Shown here: one piece after another, positions 60,043 to 64,000 of the stretch
Numbering within the stretch: position 1 is the first letter of the stretch
Layout of the letters: every line of letters begins with the position of its first letter
The notes under the pieces: model-generated
Database searches by the model: none
Seen by the model: the letters and a program-made list of their open reading frames with translations, nothing else
What the model was told of the DNA's origin: nothing
Position numbers and translations under genes: made by a program
Assembly: GCA_964247135.1 (NCBI GenBank)
Contig: CAXTTL010000001.1
Span: forward strand, 51,557 to 115,556
DNA length: 64,000 bases
Direction: 5' to 3'
Origin: an uncultured Deinococcales bacterium
Lineage (GTDB): Bacteria > Deinococcota > Deinococci > Deinococcales > JAAFIG01

Positions 60043-63000
60043 CTATTGGCATCCTGGAGGAATGGGGTTGCCGTCTCGCCAACCGCAAAAAACATGTTGA
60101 ACCTTGTCGTTGTAGGTGGTCATTTGACCCATAAATTGATTGGAATCGTAGTGAGAAATGTCCATGCGCAACGATCCGACCTCTTTGTTGTGCGAATCCA
60201 GCACCGTGTCGGAAATAACAGTTTGTTTGTCCGAGAACTTGGGAATGCTAAACGAACCCCCTTTGATTAAAAGCGTGCTTTCGCCCTCGCACATCTGCCC
60301 ATACACATTTTCGTTGACGCGGTGAAGCGTTAATTGGCAATTGTTGGCTGGGGTGATGCCCACAATTTTGACGTTCCAATCGCCGGCGAAGCTGCAACCG
60401 TCGGCAAATTCGACGTTTTCTTTGGCGCCGCACCACTCGCCGTATGCCAACGACGTTCCGTTAACGGTGGTTTGGTTGTTTCTAAAGTTTAACGTCAGGT
60501 TTTTGGCGCTGAACGGACCCAAATACTTGATCAGTTTTTCGGTTTTGCGCTCGAGTTTGAGTTTAAATTGGTTTTGTTTGGAACTGATCAGGTCGTTCAC
60601 GTCGCCGATCAGGGTATCGTTTTTGTTCCACAAGCGCATCGTGCCAAAATTCATGTACCACAACTCACCTGGGTCAACCGGAACTGGCGGGGCGACCACG
60701 GGCGCAGATGCTTGAGGTTGAGTTGGCGTTTGGGCTTGTGATTGAGGTTGCACCGCTGGCGGACGCGGCGTTGGTTTTGGACGAACCGCTACAGGCGGTG
60801 TCACTGGGCTGGGCACAGGTCTTTGGATCGGCGGGGCAACAATTGGCGGCGGCGGGTCACTTACCGTCAATGTGGCTCGAGCCACCTTTTGAAAACCATC
60901 GTCATTTTCGGCAGTTAAGGTGTAGGTGTAGGTTCCGGCTCGGCTGGGTTCGGCGATCAACTGCGAGGCGGCGGGCGCGAGGTCAGAAAAGTTGGTGTTG
61001 TCCGTCCCCGAGATTCTGATGTTGCTGGCGTTGGAGGTTGCCCAGTTGAGGGTGATTTCTTGTCCCTGCCCCCTGATGATTTGGGCTGGGCTGACCGTTA
61101 ACGCGACATTGGCTTGGGCGGCAACAACTTTGAGTTTCAAGCTGCGGCTGATGCTCGGCGGTGTGGCATCGTCTGCACCGAAAGCCGTGACGGTGACATC
61201 GCCGCTCTGATCGAGTTTGAAAGCATAGCCATTGCATTTGTCCATGTCCTTGACTTCAGAGGCGGTGCTCAGTTGGTATTTCAAGACATTTCGGGTCTGG
61301 CATTGCAGGGTAAAAACCGCCTGTCCGTCCGCACCTTTGACCGCCTTGCCGCCCGAGGGCAGCACGGTCACGGTCAGGCTTGGTGGCAGGCTTTTGGGAC
61401 GATTGGGGGTGACGGTCAAATCGGCTTTCGCCTCGCCCCAACCAAAGAGGTTGATCCTGTTGCTGGCGACCACCGTGTAGGTGTCGGGCTGCTCGAGTCC
61501 TTTGGGTTCGGCAAAACCTTCAATAAAATTGGTGCCAGAATTGATGCCGCACTTGCCGTTTTTGAATCCCAGTTTTTGATAGTTCATGCCGCCCTTGCGA
61601 CCGATGGTGGCGTTGACGGCGGCATCGGCTTTGGAGCAAATGATGGTGAAGCCTTGCTTGACGTTTGGGGTGTTGCCCAGCAGCGCCAGTTCGATGGTGG
61701 GCTTGCGCATGTTGAGGAACAACACGAGCGCCAAGATGGTCGCCAGCGCCCAAATCACCCAGTACGGGATCAATCCAAAATGGGTCATCTGCCCAATCGC
61801 GTCCTTGGGTCTGGACGCCGCAATGACGTTGCCCAGGACCTGGGTTTCTGGCATTTCTTGGGCGTCTGCCGTGACGACAAATGGACGTTGGATTGGACGT
61901 CCAACAAGACGCCAAGACGCCCAGGCGCGAAGTTGAACTGGGGCACTTTCTCCAGGCTCGAGGTCGATGGGTTCGGAGCTTGGGCGCGGCGGCTCGAGGT
62001 ATTGTTTGCGTTTTTTGGGGTCGGCTTCGGCGCCGGTCAGGTCTTGCAAATCCCTGGCGTACATGGTGGCGCGGCGCATGGTGGGTCCGACGAAGGCTTC
62101 AAAGGCAGAACGTGCCATCATGGTGATTGGATAGGTCAGCAGCCTGAAGTATTTTAAGACCACACCCCTTGCGCCCGGCGGGAAGGTCAGTTTGGGTTTG
62201 GTCTCGTCGAATTTAAATTGCAATTTGCTGCTGTCATCTTCGGCGCTGACCACGTACCGCACCGGAATGTTGCCCTCATTTTTGATGACGGTGTTAAAAA
62301 CGGCTTTGCGTTTGGAATTGAGGTTGTTGGGACGCACCGCCAACGTCGATTGCCCAAAGCCCTGCACCGTCCAAAGGGCGTTCGCCGCGCCGCCCGCGTC
62401 TTCCTCGAGTTCGGTACTTTTGGCGCGAACGATCACGCGGTACTTGCCTGCCCGAGATTCGCTGACCCTCGGCACCAAAATGGTCATGGTGGCGCTGGCT
62501 TGGGTGTTGGGATTGAGTTGAATCGGCGCGTCCTGCGGCACAATCCAGTGCGGTGGCACGCCGTCAACGGTCAACTCGAGGTGATCGACCAGTGAGCCAA
62601 GGTTTGCCAGTGTGACCTTGAGGTTCATGGCTTGCCCTGGAATCAGGCTGAGGACATCGCGCTCGAGCGCCACCGCAATGCGGTTTGCGCCCGCCGCGCC
62701 CGAGGGTTGCTCGAGTTTGAGCCAGTACGTGCCGATTTGCAGCACGCCGAGCCAAGACCAGACCGTGGGTTCGAGTTTGGGCAGGCGTCCGTTCTCAAGA
62801 CTCGAGCCGATCAGCATCGAACCGTTGCTGCTCGAGAGGTCGGTCACCAGCACCTCGCGTCCGTCAAATTCGACCCGGGCGTGGTGCCTCGAGACGGTGT
62901 CGCCCGCCAGGGTCAGGGTGTTGCTGACCTCACGCCCGATGGTCAGGGGTTGACCCGTCAACTCGAGGGTTTGCAAGACTTGCCCCTGGGCGTCCACGAC

Positions 63001-63975
63001 CGTGATGCGCGGCGCGTCCGAGCGACCCGTCGGCGGCGGGATGACCGGCGTGACCCTGGGGCGCTCGCCACGGTCGAAAGCTCGGGTGGCGCTCAAACTC
63101 GGGAATAAATCGTCGAGGATGGCTTGCAGGGTGTCGCGGATTTCTTCGGCGCTGGGGCGTTCGACAGGCATCTTGCGCAGGCAACGCATGACGATTGCCT
63201 CGAGGTCGGGGCGCAATTCTGGGCGAATGTCGCGCAGCGGTGTGGGTTGGTCGTAAACGTGTTTGTTGGCGGCTTCGCCGAGGTTGCGCACCTCGAATGG
63301 CACCAGACCGGTAAAGACGTGGTACATGACCACGCCGAGCGAGTAGACATCGCTGCGCTCGTCGCCCTCCTTGCCCATGCACTGCTCTGGTGAAATGTAC
63401 TTGGGCGAGTTGACCGGACCCGCGTCGTCGTTGCTGGCTTGGGCGGAGGCGTTGGCGACCAGCCGCGCGATGGCAAAGTCCGAGAGCTTGACGCGGTAGG
63501 AGCCGCCCGCCGTGGCTTGCAGCAAAATGTTTTCGGGTTCGATCTCGCCGTGAACCACGCCTTTGCGATGGGCGAATGCCAGACCGTCGCTGGCTTGGCG
63601 CATGAAGTCGAGCGCCATGCGCAAATCTGGGCGAGCGCCGTCACGGGTTTGGCGCTGCAACCAGGTGCTTAACGACCCGTCGTTGACGAATTCCGCGACT
63701 TGATAGTGAAAGTTTTGATCCTCGCCGTAATTGAGAACCCGCGCAATGTGGTTGTGCTCGAGCGAGACCAGCGTCTCGAGTTCGGCAAAGAATTGATTTT
63801 GAAATTCGGCACTCGCGCCGCCCTGAGGATGCAGGATTTTGAGCGCCACCGTAATTAGCGTCTTGTCGGCAACGGCACGAAACGTCTGCCCAGTTTTTCC
63901 AGGGCGCAGGGCATCCTCGAGCTTGTAAGGTCCGATGTTTTTGCCGATGAGTTTTTCGCTGATGACGTTGTTCAT
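60043..63975 (-). CDS. Membrane protein: Hanks-type kinase-like domain, FHA, Ig-like domains, TM, Pro-rich linker
   Basis: VALK, HGEIEPEN, DFA, YISPE, SDVYSLG. FHA IGR..VSRHHA..SSNG. TM WVIWALATILALVLFL. Confidence 0.88.
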   Translation of the reverse strand: MNNVISEKLIGKNIGPYKLEDALRPGKTGQTFRAVADKTLITVALKILHPQGGASAEFQNQFFAELETLVSLEHNHIARVLNYGEDQNFHYQVAEFVNDGSLSTWLQRQTRDGARPDLRMALDFMRQASDGLAFAHRKGVVHGEIEPENILLQATAGGSYRVKLSDFAIARLVANASAQASNDDAGPVNSPKYISPEQCMGKEGDERSDVYSLGVVMYHVFTGLVPFEVRNLGEAANKHVYDQPTPLRDIRPELRPDLEAIVMRCLRKMPVERPSAEEIRDTLQAILDDLFPSLSATRAFDRGERPRVTPVIPPPTGRSDAPRITVVDAQGQVLQTLELTGQPLTIGREVSNTLTLAGDTVSRHHARVEFDGREVLVTDLSSSNGSMLIGSSLENGRLPKLEPTVWSWLGVLQIGTYWLKLEQPSGAAGANRIAVALERDVLSLIPGQAMNLKVTLANLGSLVDHLELTVDGVPPHWIVPQDAPIQLNPNTQASATMTILVPRVSESRAGKYRVIVRAKSTELEEDAGGAANALWTVQGFGQSTLAVRPNNLNSKRKAVFNTVIKNEGNIPVRYVVSAEDDSSKLQFKFDETKPKLTFPPGARGVVLKYFRLLTYPITMMARSAFEAFVGPTMRRATMYARDLQDLTGAEADPKKRKQYLEPPRPSSEPIDLEPGESAPVQLRAWASWRLVGRPIQRPFVVTADAQEMPETQVLGNVIAASRPKDAIGQMTHFGLIPYWVIWALATILALVLFLNMRKPTIELALLGNTPNVKQGFTIICSKADAAVNATIGRKGGMNYQKLGFKNGKCGINSGTNFIEGFAEPKGLEQPDTYTVVASNRINLFGWGEAKADLTVTPNRPKSLPPSLTVTVLPSGGKAVKGADGQAVFTLQCQTRNVLKYQLSTASEVKDMDKCNGYAFKLDQSGDVTVTAFGADDATPPSISRSLKLKVVAAQANVALTVSPAQIIRGQGQEITLNWATSNASNIRISGTDNTNFSDLAPAASQLIAEPSRAGTYTYTLTAENDDGFQKVARATLTVSDPPPPIVAPPIQRPVPSPVTPPVAVRPKPTPRPPAVQPQSQAQTPTQPQASAPVVAPPVPVDPGELWYMNFGTMRLWNKNDTLIGDVNDLISSKQNQFKLKLERKTEKLIKYLGPFSAKNLTLNFRNNQTTVNGTSLAYGEWCGAKENVEFADGCSFAGDWNVKIVGITPANNCQLTLHRVNENVYGQMCEGESTLLIKGGSFSIPKFSDKQTVISDTVLDSHNKEVGSLRMDISHYDSNQFMGQMTTYNDKVQHVFCGWRDGNPIPPGCQ

Positions 63976-64000
63976 TGCGCCGATACTCCAGGTTTCACAT

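Overview
Bacterial window, probably from Deinococcota. This is an inference from the Deinococcus-type class II ribonucleotide reductase and from many leaderless genes with a TANNNT -10 box 6-7 nt before the start codon. The palindrome CTCGAG is very over-represented throughout. Layout: (1) 1-17 kb, an amide/peptide catabolism region with a hydantoinase/oxoprolinase A+B pair, aldo/keto reductase, M14 peptidase, two divergent Dpp/Opp ABC systems around an Lrp/AsnC regulator, an alpha/beta hydrolase and an amidase. (2) 18.7-28.4 kb, an att-like 3' half of tRNA-Lys followed by an accessory block: XRE regulator, a small-protein/Cys-rich-protein pair, a secreted ~1320-aa three-CxxCH cytochrome, and a secreted type-3 dicopper (tyrosinase/hemocyanin-like)-VWA fusion. 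(3) 28.5-37.7 kb, a polyol uptake/catabolism regulon with LacI and three visible operators. (4) 37.6-44 kb, housekeeping genes. (5) nrdJ with two LAGLIDADG inteins and tandem NrdR boxes. (6) 50-54.2 kb, a defence/TA hotspot: XisH/XisI, Uma2 gene and remnants, an AT-rich two-gene module, and a DUF433/DUF5615 TA pair between direct repeats. (7) 54.7-64 kb, a rearranged partial contractile injection system (baseplate J, PAAR, VgrG, LysM tube initiator) downstream of a 1310-aa membrane pseudokinase-FHA-Ig protein. Best candidates for undescribed systems are the heme/dicopper-VWA block, the pseudokinase-linked CIS and the AT-rich gene pair. All family calls come from motif recognition by eye; no database search was run.
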